A stretch of DNA of 64,000 nt from Desulfosudis oleivorans (lineage in GTDB: Bacteria; Desulfobacterota; Desulfobacteria; Desulfobacterales; SURF-7): contig DYJC01000023.1 in assembly GCA_020723305.1 (NCBI GenBank), positions 2,451 to 66,450 on the forward strand. Direction: 5' to 3'. Shown one piece after another: positions 9,510 through 18,630 of this stretch (its first letter is position 1; each line of letters starts with the position of its first letter). Below the pieces are notes generated by a model. The model searched no databases and was not told the origin of the DNA. It saw only the letters and a program-made list of their open reading frames with translations. The position numbers and the translations under genes are program-made.

Positions 9510-10969
9510 TGAGAATATTATTTGTCAAACCTGATCTTCCAAAGTGTGTCATCGGCGGTTCCGAATACAGCCTGTCCGAACCGCTCGAATTTGAATATCT
9601 TGCTGCCACGGTTCCGCATCATGATGTTACTCTTTTTGATATGCGCTTTGGCGGGGATCTCATCAGCAAGCTTTCAGAATATAACCCCGATGCCGTATGC
9701 ACCACTGCAATGACCATCAATGTATATGAGGCGAGAAGAATATTAAAAAAGGCCAAACAGTTTAATCCAAAAATATTGACCATGGTAGGCGGTTATCACC
9801 CAACGGTGGTCCCGGAAGATTTCAATTTAAGTTACGTCGATATTATCGTAATGGGACAAGCTTACTTTATTTTTAATAAAATCATCGACCATGTGGAAGC
9901 CGGGAAAAGTCTGGAGGAGATACCGGCCCTGGCATTCCCGTCTGAAGGCGGATTGAAGTATACCAAACCGAAAATTACCTATCTTGAGGGTCTGGACGAG
10001 TTGCCGCTTCCGGATCGGAACCTGACCCGTGAATATAGAAAGAAGTATTATGTCGAATACTGGCAGCCGGCAGCAATGATGAGGACTTCCTTCGGATGCC
10101 TCGACCGGTGTACATTTTGCGCCATCTGGAAACTGACGCGCGGAAAATTCCTGACGCGTTCCGTGGATCGGATTATCGAAGAACTTGATTCCATAAACGA
10201 AAAATATCTCTACCTGATTGACGACAATACGATTCCTATCGGGCAGCATGAAAGGATTGAAAATCTGATTGATGCCATAAAGACAAACGGTATCAATAAG
10301 GAATACTACACAGCGATGAGAACCGATTCAATCGTAACGTACCCGCACATTATTGAAAAATGGGCCAAGGTAGGATTGAAGAGGATTTTTATCGGGATGG
10401 AAGCACACACGGATGAAAAATTGAATGACTACAACAAGAGAACTACCCATGAGATCAACCGGAAAGCCGTGGATATCATGCACCAGAACGGCATCCGTGT
10501 CACAGCCAGTTTTCTGGTGGATCACAACTATACAAAGGATGACTTCAATCGACTGTTCGACTACGCAAACCAGTTCAATACCGACGGCATTGCTTACCTC
10601 ATCCTGACGCCGCATCCAAATGCAGACATCTGGTACCGGTATCAGAATCAGATCAAGATATTCAATTATGACCTCTATGACCATTTTCATACGGTATTCG
10701 ATACAAAAATGCCGAAAGACCAATTTTACAGGGAGTATTCCAAACTTTGGATGAAAAGCTACACGCCATTAACCATTTCCGGACTGAAACGCATTTCCAA
10801 AATATTCTATCATGCGCCATGGGCACAGGTTTTTCTTATTGGAAGGGTGTTGACAAATATTTTTGATCGGTTCGCCGAAAACTTTAAAACAAAGAATCTC
10901 GGTATGGAGGACGAATTCTGCTATCTTGAAAACAATCGAATGCCGGAAGCAGTTGTGGAGGAGAACTGA
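9509..10969 (+). CDS. B12-binding radical SAM protein (HpnR-like class B methyltransferase family)
   Basis: EPLEFEYLAA, VGGYHPT and SFGCLDRCTFCAIW motifs. TAATG coupling to the upstream gene. Confidence 0.85.
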   Translation: MRILFVKPDLPKCVIGGSEYSLSEPLEFEYLAATVPHHDVTLFDMRFGGDLISKLSEYNPDAVCTTAMTINVYEARRILKKAKQFNPKILTMVGGYHPTVVPEDFNLSYVDIIVMGQAYFIFNKIIDHVEAGKSLEEIPALAFPSEGGLKYTKPKITYLEGLDELPLPDRNLTREYRKKYYVEYWQPAAMMRTSFGCLDRCTFCAIWKLTRGKFLTRSVDRIIEELDSINEKYLYLIDDNTIPIGQHERIENLIDAIKTNGINKEYYTAMRTDSIVTYPHIIEKWAKVGLKRIFIGMEAHTDEKLNDYNKRTTHEINRKAVDIMHQNGIRVTASFLVDHNYTKDDFNRLFDYANQFNTDGIAYLILTPHPNADIWYRYQNQIKIFNYDLYDHFHTVFDTKMPKDQFYREYSKLWMKSYTPLTISGLKRISKIFYHAPWAQVFLIGRVLTNIFDRFAENFKTKNLGMEDEFCYLENNRMPEAVVEEN

Positions 10970-11021
10970 AGCTTCATTTCTTAAGCAAGTACAATGGGAT
11001 GGGAATTATCCGATCGCAAAT

Positions 11022-11813
11022 TCATTCCCTATATTCTGCAATCATTTTTGAAAAGACGGTTCCGGTTTCAAAGGCTTTTTCAAGAAACAGGGCTTCATTT
11101 TGAATTCCGGAATTATAAATAACAACTTCCATATTGACACATCTGTTATAGGAAGAGGCGGCAATCAGTTTTGCCAGGGCTTTCCAATCCAGTGTTCCTG
11201 AAAACAGAAGATTATGCAGATCACGAATTCCATCATTGTCATGGAGATGGATGGAGAGTAAACGTTCCTTGAATCTGTCAAGATTTTCAAGTCCGTTTTC
11301 GTCTAAATTTCCGTGTCCCGCATCATAGCAAAGACCAAGATAGTGAGGAGCATAAAGGCTGAAAAGGCCATTAATTATATTAAAAGACCCGTTTTCAATG
11401 GCAATTCTCACCTGACGCTCCCCGGCATACGTCTCCAGCGAGTCAAGCGATTTTAGAAATGAATCCGTGAGCTTTTCAGGCACATGCATAATGATCACGT
11501 CGCAGTTGAGTTTTTCCGCCATATGAATCCGGTTTTGAACCAGCACTTCTCCTGCTTTCCTCTCTGTTTCATCATCTGATGCCCAGTTTTTCAGTACACC
11601 CGACGAAGCATGCAAATCCAGCAGTTTCAGATTATATTTCTTTAAAATCCGTCCGATTCTTTCCATTTCCGCATCCGGATAAAGATAATCAGTGCTCCAC
11701 TCATGACACCAGTGAATATGAGAAAAACCGGCGTCTGAGATTTGTCTCAAATATGGTTCCGGATCTCCGGTCGCTGTTACATAATCCGTTGTCATGGATA
11801 AGCAGGCTGTCAT
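11022..11813 (-). CDS. Sugar phosphate isomerase/epimerase (xylose isomerase-like TIM barrel)
   Basis: IAIEN, CYDAGH, IHLHDNDG..DLH and G.LDW metal-binding motifs. Confidence 0.85.
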   Translation of the reverse strand: MTACLSMTTDYVTATGDPEPYLRQISDAGFSHIHWCHEWSTDYLYPDAEMERIGRILKKYNLKLLDLHASSGVLKNWASDDETERKAGEVLVQNRIHMAEKLNCDVIIMHVPEKLTDSFLKSLDSLETYAGERQVRIAIENGSFNIINGLFSLYAPHYLGLCYDAGHGNLDENGLENLDRFKERLLSIHLHDNDGIRDLHNLLFSGTLDWKALAKLIAASSYNRCVNMEVVIYNSGIQNEALFLEKAFETGTVFSKMIAEYRE

Positions 11814-11858
11814 GCTGTTTCTATCCTATGCTCCCCTGTTAATAAAAAATGAAACATC

Positions 11859-12001
11859 GAGCCAATTTCAAAAATCTGTTGTTGTAGTTCCGACGAAAAC
11901 TAGACACGCAGTGAAGCGCAGCGCTATCCAGTATTTTCGACTCTTTTCTGGGCTCTGACCTTCGCCGGTGTGACGCTTTTTAATCGTTTTGAAATCGGCT
12001 C
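11859..12001. mobile_element. MITE family A copy 1
   Basis: Terminal inverted repeats GAGCCAATTTCAAAA...TTTTGAAATCGGCTC. Body shared with the copies at 17468, 36849, 39910 and 44579. Confidence 0.8.
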
Positions 12002-12224
12002 ATTTTTTACCTGAAAATATATACTTCATGCAATTGAATTTTTCAATTCATCACTTTTGGAACGAATTATTTAATAAGTTTACTGAAAAGGCTTGCTTTT
12101 TGTATCATTTTTCTGCTTTTCTTGTTGCGGGTTTTGGCTTTCGTTGTTGAAAATAATGAAATTTTCTACAGGGGGGAACCATTACAATTGGTTACATTAT
12201 ATTCCATTCCGGACAACAATAATC

Positions 12225-13319
12225 ATGAATATGCATAACACATTTATCCATATCCGCAACTGGTATCAACGTCTTGAAAGGCCGATATCGACTCTATCTC
12301 TTGTGGGCGGTTTTGTCTTCAGCGCACTGACGGTAAAGCGCGTGGATCTGTTCTGGGGAAATTTCCGGATCATTTTGCAGCTTCTTATCGTCGCCGTATG
12401 CATTGTCTGGATCAATATGATGGAGAATAAGAATGAAAAGAATCCATCTAAAACAAATTTCTGGCTGGTAAACATTTCCCAGTTCATTTCCGGAGGACTC
12501 CTGTCCACCTTCCTTGTTTTTTATTTCCGCAGTTCGGAGTTGTCCGCAAGTTGGCCTTTTATCCTCATCCTCGCGTTCGCTTCCTGGGCCAATGAATGGC
12601 TGAAAAATCTTTATGCCCGCCTGAGTTTTCAGATTTCACTTTTTTACCTGTTGCTTTTCTCTTTTACGATCTTTTTTGTGCCGGTGGTAATGCATGCCAT
12701 TGGTACGAAAATTTTTCTTTTCTCCGGTGGGATCAGCCTCATCACAATGATGATCTTCCTGCTGATTCTCGCCTGTGCTGCGCGGGAGAGATTCCGTCAG
12801 AATATAAAAATCGTGTTCCCTGCCATTGCCGGAATTTTTATTGCAGTCAATATCTTGTATTTTACAAATTTCATTCCGCCGATACCATTGTCAGTGATAG
12901 ACGGAGGAGCATATCATTCCGTCATGAAAAATGAGGATGGAAATTATGTCGTGCAGTATGAAGATATGGGCTGGCGCAAGTATATGACGCTCTATCCTGA
13001 TTTTCATCTTAAGAAAGGCAATCCGGTCTATGTTTACAGTGCGGTTTTTTCACCGCCGTCTCTGGATACGACCATAATTCATGAATGGCAGTATGATGAT
13101 CCGCAAACACGCGAATGGAGTTATCGTGAACGATTTACACTATCGGTAACCGGCGGTCGTGAGGGTGGTTTTCGAACCTATTCAATGAAGACAAACATGA
13201 GTCCCGGACACTGGCGGGTCACTGTGGCGACGCCAAAAGGCAAGGTGATTGGACGGGTGCGTTTCAATGTCGTGGCAATAGACACAGAGCCTTCCTTACA
13301 GAAAAAAATCAAAATTTAA
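12225..13319 (+). CDS. Membrane protein with C-terminal DUF2914-like domain
   Basis: About 7 TM helices, then IPPIPLS, YSAVFSP, HEW, GGREGGFRTYS and PGHWRV motifs. Start codon uncertain. Confidence 0.75.
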   Translation: MNMHNTFIHIRNWYQRLERPISTLSLVGGFVFSALTVKRVDLFWGNFRIILQLLIVAVCIVWINMMENKNEKNPSKTNFWLVNISQFISGGLLSTFLVFYFRSSELSASWPFILILAFASWANEWLKNLYARLSFQISLFYLLLFSFTIFFVPVVMHAIGTKIFLFSGGISLITMMIFLLILACAARERFRQNIKIVFPAIAGIFIAVNILYFTNFIPPIPLSVIDGGAYHSVMKNEDGNYVVQYEDMGWRKYMTLYPDFHLKKGNPVYVYSAVFSPPSLDTTIIHEWQYDDPQTREWSYRERFTLSVTGGREGGFRTYSMKTNMSPGHWRVTVATPKGKVIGRVRFNVVAIDTEPSLQKKIKI

Positions 13320-13347
13320 TATCAGGAAATATGGGTTGCCGGACAAC

Positions 13348-14040
13348 TTATTTTTTCTTTTTCACCAGCGCCATCATGATTTCGCTCTGCGCCTCATCAA
13401 TCTGTTCCCGTGTCACGGATTCAAGATATTGCAGATCATCCGTCACCATTTCCTGAACTCTTATAGACAAATTTTTCATAATCTTGTTTGTAATGACTTC
13501 ATTTGCCCCTTTTAAGGCAATTGCAATTCCCCTGATATCCACTTTTTTCTGTATATTATCTCTCAGCTCTTCATCACGAAATGACAGGATATCTTCAAAA
13601 AAATAAATACGATTTTTTTCTTTATATTCATCAATTTTTTTAATGAGCTTGTTATAAAATGCCTTTTTCTTTTCCTTGATTACATCCAATACAGCAACCC
13701 GATGGGAACTCTTTAACCGGCAAATCAATTCGACGAGCCTCTCCTTGATATCAACTGTATCATGCCGGGTTGAAAGTACGGTTGCGATCTCCTTTTCAAC
13801 CTTGACAAGAACCTGCTGCAATAATCTTTCTTCAGCGCCTTCGAGGTCGATCAGGCACTGCACGATCCGGTCTCTCCTTTTTTGCGGAAGCATGGTCATC
13901 AATCCGAAAGCATCCTCTGAATCTAGATTCATGAAGATTACCGCACTGCTGGTATCAGACAGAAACTCCAATAATGGAAACAATTCCTCAACCGGTATAT
14001 CCCGAATGGCCAGGTAGGTTGTTACATTCAGCTTTTTCAT
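13348..14040 (-). CDS. Orphan FliG middle/C-terminal domain protein
   Basis: YFFEDI (MFxFEDL-like), IAIALKGA, KIMKNLSIR and DDL...EAQSEI match FliG-C. No FliG N-terminal domain. Confidence 0.7.
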   Translation of the reverse strand: MKKLNVTTYLAIRDIPVEELFPLLEFLSDTSSAVIFMNLDSEDAFGLMTMLPQKRRDRIVQCLIDLEGAEERLLQQVLVKVEKEIATVLSTRHDTVDIKERLVELICRLKSSHRVAVLDVIKEKKKAFYNKLIKKIDEYKEKNRIYFFEDILSFRDEELRDNIQKKVDIRGIAIALKGANEVITNKIMKNLSIRVQEMVTDDLQYLESVTREQIDEAQSEIMMALVKKKK

Positions 14041-14058
14041 ATGGTATTGCCCTATCCA

Positions 14059-16038
14059 TTAAAACAATTGAAGCCTTTTCCGGTATACATCCACAACCGT
14101 TTTTGGATTATCCGTAATCACAATATTTTCCTCGATCCAGGCAGGAGCCCGGCCCTCTTTAACCATGGTTTTAATCTGAAGCTCGGCTCCTTTCCAGAAA
14201 TCAAGTCCGCCTTCTGTATCAAAAAGGATGATCGGAACCGGCTCCATGATGGACAGCTTCATATTGCAAAGTGTTATTCCAAGCTCCTCCATTGAGCCCA
14301 GTCCGCCGATATTGAATATGGGGAAAGAGGTTACTTCAAACCATTTTTGCCGGCTATGACGGCAGGTGGCCTGAAAAACCTGACAAAAATCCACTTTCGT
14401 CGTCATGGTCTGATCCGTGATATCCAGAAAATTCGCCCCGGATAAAATTCCCCGGCTTCGGGCCTGTCTATTGGCTTCCTCCATCACACCGCTTCCGCCG
14501 CCGGTCACAATCCCGATATTTTTCCCCCAGAAACCGATCAGGGCATCCATCAGCTCCCCTAAGCGCTGCACTCCTGCCTGCGAAAGCTCAATGGTGGATC
14601 CATAAAATGCAAACAACATGGATTTATGAAAATCCGCCAATCTTCCGGGAACGACAAAATATCCCATTCTATCTCTCATGGTATGAACCATGATTTGATG
14701 ATTCAATCCGCATACCCAGTATACATCGATTCCAAAGTTGTCATATTCCTGCAAACGATTATGATCCTGCTGGGAAAGAAACGGACCATGCTCGCAGGAA
14801 GGCTCATAAAAATAGATGGAATGGACTTTACCCTCACAAGCCAGATTTATAATATCCCGGTGTTCCATCATGTTGGGAAAGTATTTCAGAACAAGCGTAA
14901 CCGGTTTATCGATCTTCGCAAGGTCAAAATATGATGTCCCATAAATATGTTCACAGGAACTTTTGGGTGAAAAATCACGGCGTGCGGATGTGCATTCTGC
15001 TTTTGAAACCCTGCATGGCTTGTCCGGGCCATTTAAAAAAATCCGGGCCTTCTGAAAATCCTTATCCCCTGCCGGAACAATCGCCATGGGCTTTGCCAGA
15101 TAATGACAATGAGATGATTTCTCTTTGTGAAAGCTGGACTCAAAACGTTGCATATCTTTGTATGAAAAATGAAGCGCCTCTCCCGGAACGCTTTTTCTGC
15201 GTTCCTTGGCCCGCAGTTTGGATTTCCCATAAACTCGGGCGGAAATCAAAGGATTGACAATCGGCTGCTTGCTTTGATTCACAATTTCAAGATAGATCCG
15301 GATTCCCCTTGTTTTGATCGGGTCCAAAACCGTTGCCGGTAGATTCCGCCCAAGTGAATATCCACTCTGTAAAACCACATAATGTTCATTCAGATACATG
15401 GAGCATGTGGTAATCACCCCTTTTTCAGGCGGAATGATAACGGTTTTGACAGGCTTCTGTATCTGATATCGGTTCAAAATTTCACGGCCATCTTCTCGCA
15501 GGAGAATCCTTGCCAGCGCATCTTTGTTAATTCCTTTTTTTAAGTCACAGACAACATGGTGCGGTGCAATCACGATACTGCCGTCACTGGAGATGGAAGT
15601 GGATGCCGGAAGTTTGAGCTCCGCCCGCTCAATGGCTGATAGAACTTCCTCTGCTGTCAATAATGCCTGCGGATCACAAAACACCATCCGCCCAACCGGA
15701 AGCCCGATATCAAAAAATTCACTTACCATATCCAGGCCAGGATACCCCGGTATTACCGGTGAGGCGATCTGCAACAGTGTAAGCACGCCATCCTTTACAT
15801 TTTTCATGGATGGTTGTTCACAGGTAATCTGAAATCCAAGCCGGGCGATCCTGGATCGCTCGCTGAACACAATATGTTCCGGTTGATTCTGAAGTTGCTC
15901 AATAAAGTTCTTGGAAAGACCGAACTCTGTTTCAAAGATGATCCTATGTTTCTTCACTTCCGTAATTCTTTTAATAACACCGTCATCAGACTGTAGAACT
16001 CCCCGGTAAGACCGGTTATCACTTCTCTTTCTGGTCAT
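14059..16038 (-). CDS. Large LOG/SLOG-family protein with long uncharacterised N-terminal region
   Basis: C-terminal ~190 aa carry AFYGS, VTGGGSGVMEEAN, RQK and IGGLGSMEEL (PGGxGTxEE variant). Confidence 0.75.
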   Translation of the reverse strand: MTRKRSDNRSYRGVLQSDDGVIKRITEVKKHRIIFETEFGLSKNFIEQLQNQPEHIVFSERSRIARLGFQITCEQPSMKNVKDGVLTLLQIASPVIPGYPGLDMVSEFFDIGLPVGRMVFCDPQALLTAEEVLSAIERAELKLPASTSISSDGSIVIAPHHVVCDLKKGINKDALARILLREDGREILNRYQIQKPVKTVIIPPEKGVITTCSMYLNEHYVVLQSGYSLGRNLPATVLDPIKTRGIRIYLEIVNQSKQPIVNPLISARVYGKSKLRAKERRKSVPGEALHFSYKDMQRFESSFHKEKSSHCHYLAKPMAIVPAGDKDFQKARIFLNGPDKPCRVSKAECTSARRDFSPKSSCEHIYGTSYFDLAKIDKPVTLVLKYFPNMMEHRDIINLACEGKVHSIYFYEPSCEHGPFLSQQDHNRLQEYDNFGIDVYWVCGLNHQIMVHTMRDRMGYFVVPGRLADFHKSMLFAFYGSTIELSQAGVQRLGELMDALIGFWGKNIGIVTGGGSGVMEEANRQARSRGILSGANFLDITDQTMTTKVDFCQVFQATCRHSRQKWFEVTSFPIFNIGGLGSMEELGITLCNMKLSIMEPVPIILFDTEGGLDFWKGAELQIKTMVKEGRAPAWIEENIVITDNPKTVVDVYRKRLQLF

Positions 16039-17384
16039 ATGACTCCCTCTTCTTGAAATGTATCTGTTCCGGATGGTATTTGTTTTTCCGATGTTGAAAG
16101 TTTTTTTTGAATCAGCCGCAGATTGGCTTCCACCAGCTGAACGGTTTTATTCATATAAAATTCCCGTAAAAATTTAACTTGAACCTGTGGACTTGCCTGA
16201 TTGAGCAGATTGGCATTGATGGACATGACAACACAATCTTTTTCAGCCCGGAGTTTCGCCTTTCGAGGCATGCTGTGAAGAATGGCTGACTCTCCGAAGC
16301 AATCCCCTGGTTTCAAAACCTTAACATCCTGATGGATATGCAAACTTGCTTTTCCCAAAGCAAGTATATAGATGTTTCGATCGTTTTCACTTTCCTCAAT
16401 AATCCACGATTTCTCCGGATGAAAACTCCAGGATGAGATATTCAGTACCTCTTCGATATCGGAATCCTGGAAGTGCCTGAATAAAAAAAGACGTTTGACA
16501 TAGGATATTTTCTTTTTCTGATTTTTATGGATCACTTTCGAATCCGACCCTTTGATAATGGGCAAAAGCGCATCCGCAAACTCTTTTGCAGTCTGAAAGC
16601 GATCATTCTTTTTTTTGCTCATGGCTTTACTGACCACGGCCTGAAAATCCAGTGCAATATCGGGAACAATCGATTGTATCGGTTCCGGTTCTTTATGGAG
16701 AATCTGATAAAAAACCTGATAGGGGTCTTCTCCTTGAAAAGGCCTTGTTCCGGTTAACAGCTGGTAAGCAACAACTCCCAATGAAAAAATATCCGACTTC
16801 CGATCCAGAGAATTCTTCGGATCGGTCTGCTCAGGAGACATATAATATAATGACCCTGTTGCACTTGAATCCTTCTCAACGCTTTCCTTCAGCAGCCGGG
16901 AGACACCAAAATCCATGAGTTTAACCTCACCGTTTTGCGTAAGCATAATGTTCGCAGGCTTGACATCCAGGTGAACGTATCCTTTATTATGAATATATTC
17001 AAGCGCATAACAAATGTTATACAGAATCTCCGCAATTTGGATTGGAGGCAGCAGCTCCGGGGGTTTGCAATGCTTTTCAAGCCCATTGCCGTCAATATAT
17101 TCAAGGGCCATAAAAAAAAGACCATTTTCAAACCCGGCATCATAGGTTATGGCGATGTTTGGATGGATAAACTGTGCCGCAAGTCTCGCTTCCTTCAAAT
17201 ATTGCCCATGACTTTTCTCATCCCACTCCAATAATCCGATGTCCGATGGATTCCCCACCTTCAAAGCCACATCGCGTCCCAGAAATGGATCAATTGCCTT
17301 ATAAACCCTTCCCATTCCGCCCTTTCCGAGAACAGATACGATTTTATAACGGCTCAATTTTTGGATATCTTCCGTCGATGACAT
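16035..17384 (-). CDS. Hanks-type Ser/Thr kinase with C-terminal cyclic-nucleotide-binding domain
   Basis: GKGGMG, VALK, HLDVKPAN, DFG, YMSPEQ and SDIFSLG; C-terminal GDCFGE..PR phosphate-binding cassette. Confidence 0.9.
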   Translation of the reverse strand: MSSTEDIQKLSRYKIVSVLGKGGMGRVYKAIDPFLGRDVALKVGNPSDIGLLEWDEKSHGQYLKEARLAAQFIHPNIAITYDAGFENGLFFMALEYIDGNGLEKHCKPPELLPPIQIAEILYNICYALEYIHNKGYVHLDVKPANIMLTQNGEVKLMDFGVSRLLKESVEKDSSATGSLYYMSPEQTDPKNSLDRKSDIFSLGVVAYQLLTGTRPFQGEDPYQVFYQILHKEPEPIQSIVPDIALDFQAVVSKAMSKKKNDRFQTAKEFADALLPIIKGSDSKVIHKNQKKKISYVKRLFLFRHFQDSDIEEVLNISSWSFHPEKSWIIEESENDRNIYILALGKASLHIHQDVKVLKPGDCFGESAILHSMPRKAKLRAEKDCVVMSINANLLNQASPQVQVKFLREFYMNKTVQLVEANLRLIQKKLSTSEKQIPSGTDTFQEEGVI

Positions 17385-17467
17385 CGGAACAACCTGCTTT
17401 CAAGCATTGCTGTTTTTGAGCTGCAAAAATCCACATGCCCGTAGTACTTTTTTCAGTTATCATAGAA

Positions 17468-17589
17468 GAGCCAATTTCAAAAGTCTCTTGTTGTAGTTCC
17501 GGCGAAAACTAAAATCCAGTATTTTCGGCTCTTTTCTGAGCACTGACTTTCGCCGGTGTGACGCTTTATAATAATTTTGAAATTGGCTC
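17468..17589. mobile_element. MITE family A copy 2 (internally deleted)
   Basis: Same TIRs; flanked by the 4-bp direct repeat AGAA. Confidence 0.8.
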
Positions 17590-17711
17590 AGAAGTAAAAA
17601 AAGAGATGAAAATAAGTGGTTCAAGATGAAATTCTAATTAAAAATTTCCCTGGTCGTATCCGGAAACCACATCCTTAAAATCATCCTTCGGTATCCGGAG
17701 AATGTAACGTA

Positions 17712-17740
17712 AATATGCACAAAAGTAACAAAAGTGTCAA
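17712..17740 (-). promoter_or_regulatory. Putative sigma70 promoter for the kinase-LOG operon or a leader RNA
   Basis: Minus strand TTGACA-N17-CATATT. Confidence 0.5.
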
Positions 17741-18263
17741 GAGGCTGGAATTTCCAATATCGTATTTTATCTTGACTTAGGAGGCAATTTGAATTACGAT
17801 ATGACTAAAAGTAATTGTGGGGTATGAAGTCTATTCAGCACAAATTTCACGTTTTATTCAGGCATACCAAAAACGGCAGTCAATACTCATAAGATGTTTG
17901 AATCAAAATCAACGCAGGCTGAAGACTTTCGACAGACAAATCGTCTTCCAAAATCAGGATAACGGGATCTCTAATCCATCTGTACTCATAATAGACGATC
18001 CTGCCGATTTACTATAATCCCCCATTATCTTACACGAAAACAAAAAACGAATACACGTATCATGCTTCAAATTGATTCAGAATACAGCCGGATTCAAAAG
18101 GCAACAGATAACATCAAATCCCATATTCTTTCTTTCGTAAAGTACCGTCGGCTTTTTTTTGTACAATCGCTTTCCCCTATTATGGGGATTCAACACAAAT
18201 GTTTCCAACCATGGTAACATTTAATATTAAAAACAGTTAATTTTGAAGGAGGAGGTCAGCGTT

Positions 18264-18467
18264 ATGGCAGAAGGGATCGTAAAATGGTTTAATGACAAAA
18301 AAGGGTTTGGTTTTATTGAACAGAATACCGGAGGAGATGTATTCGTACATCACTCCTCCATCAATATGACCGGTTTCAGAACACTGGCAGAGGGTGAAAA
18401 GGTTCTTTTTGATATTGAATTCGGGAACAAAGGACCGGCGGCAAAAAACGTCGTGCGTTCAGAATAG
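18264..18467 (+). CDS. Cold-shock protein (CspA family)
   Basis: [15 protein letters not shown] and DVFVHHS RNP motifs; strong GGAGGAGG RBS. Confidence 0.95.
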   Translation: MAEGIVKWFNDKKGFGFIEQNTGGDVFVHHSSINMTGFRTLAEGEKVLFDIEFGNKGPAAKNVVRSE

Positions 18468-18478
18468 TGACCATCTGC

Positions 18479-18518
18479 TTGACGGGGGCACCTTGCGATT
18501 AAAAGGCCCCCCTGTCAA
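18479..18518 (+). terminator. Hairpin after the csp gene
   Basis: TTGACGGGGG...CCCCCTGTCAA inverted repeat; no clear U-tract. Confidence 0.45.
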
Positions 18519-18630
18519 CTTCCTGATAATAATGATTCTGATACGTATCCTGATCGGATAGGGAGTTCATATCAATCCATGGATTCATAAAAACCCTGCA
18601 TTGTATAAAGACCCGGAAGCCGGCTGTTCC

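Noticed and set aside
17817-18017. 66-aa ORF upstream of csp
   Set aside because: No convincing RBS or recognisable motifs; treated as non-coding.
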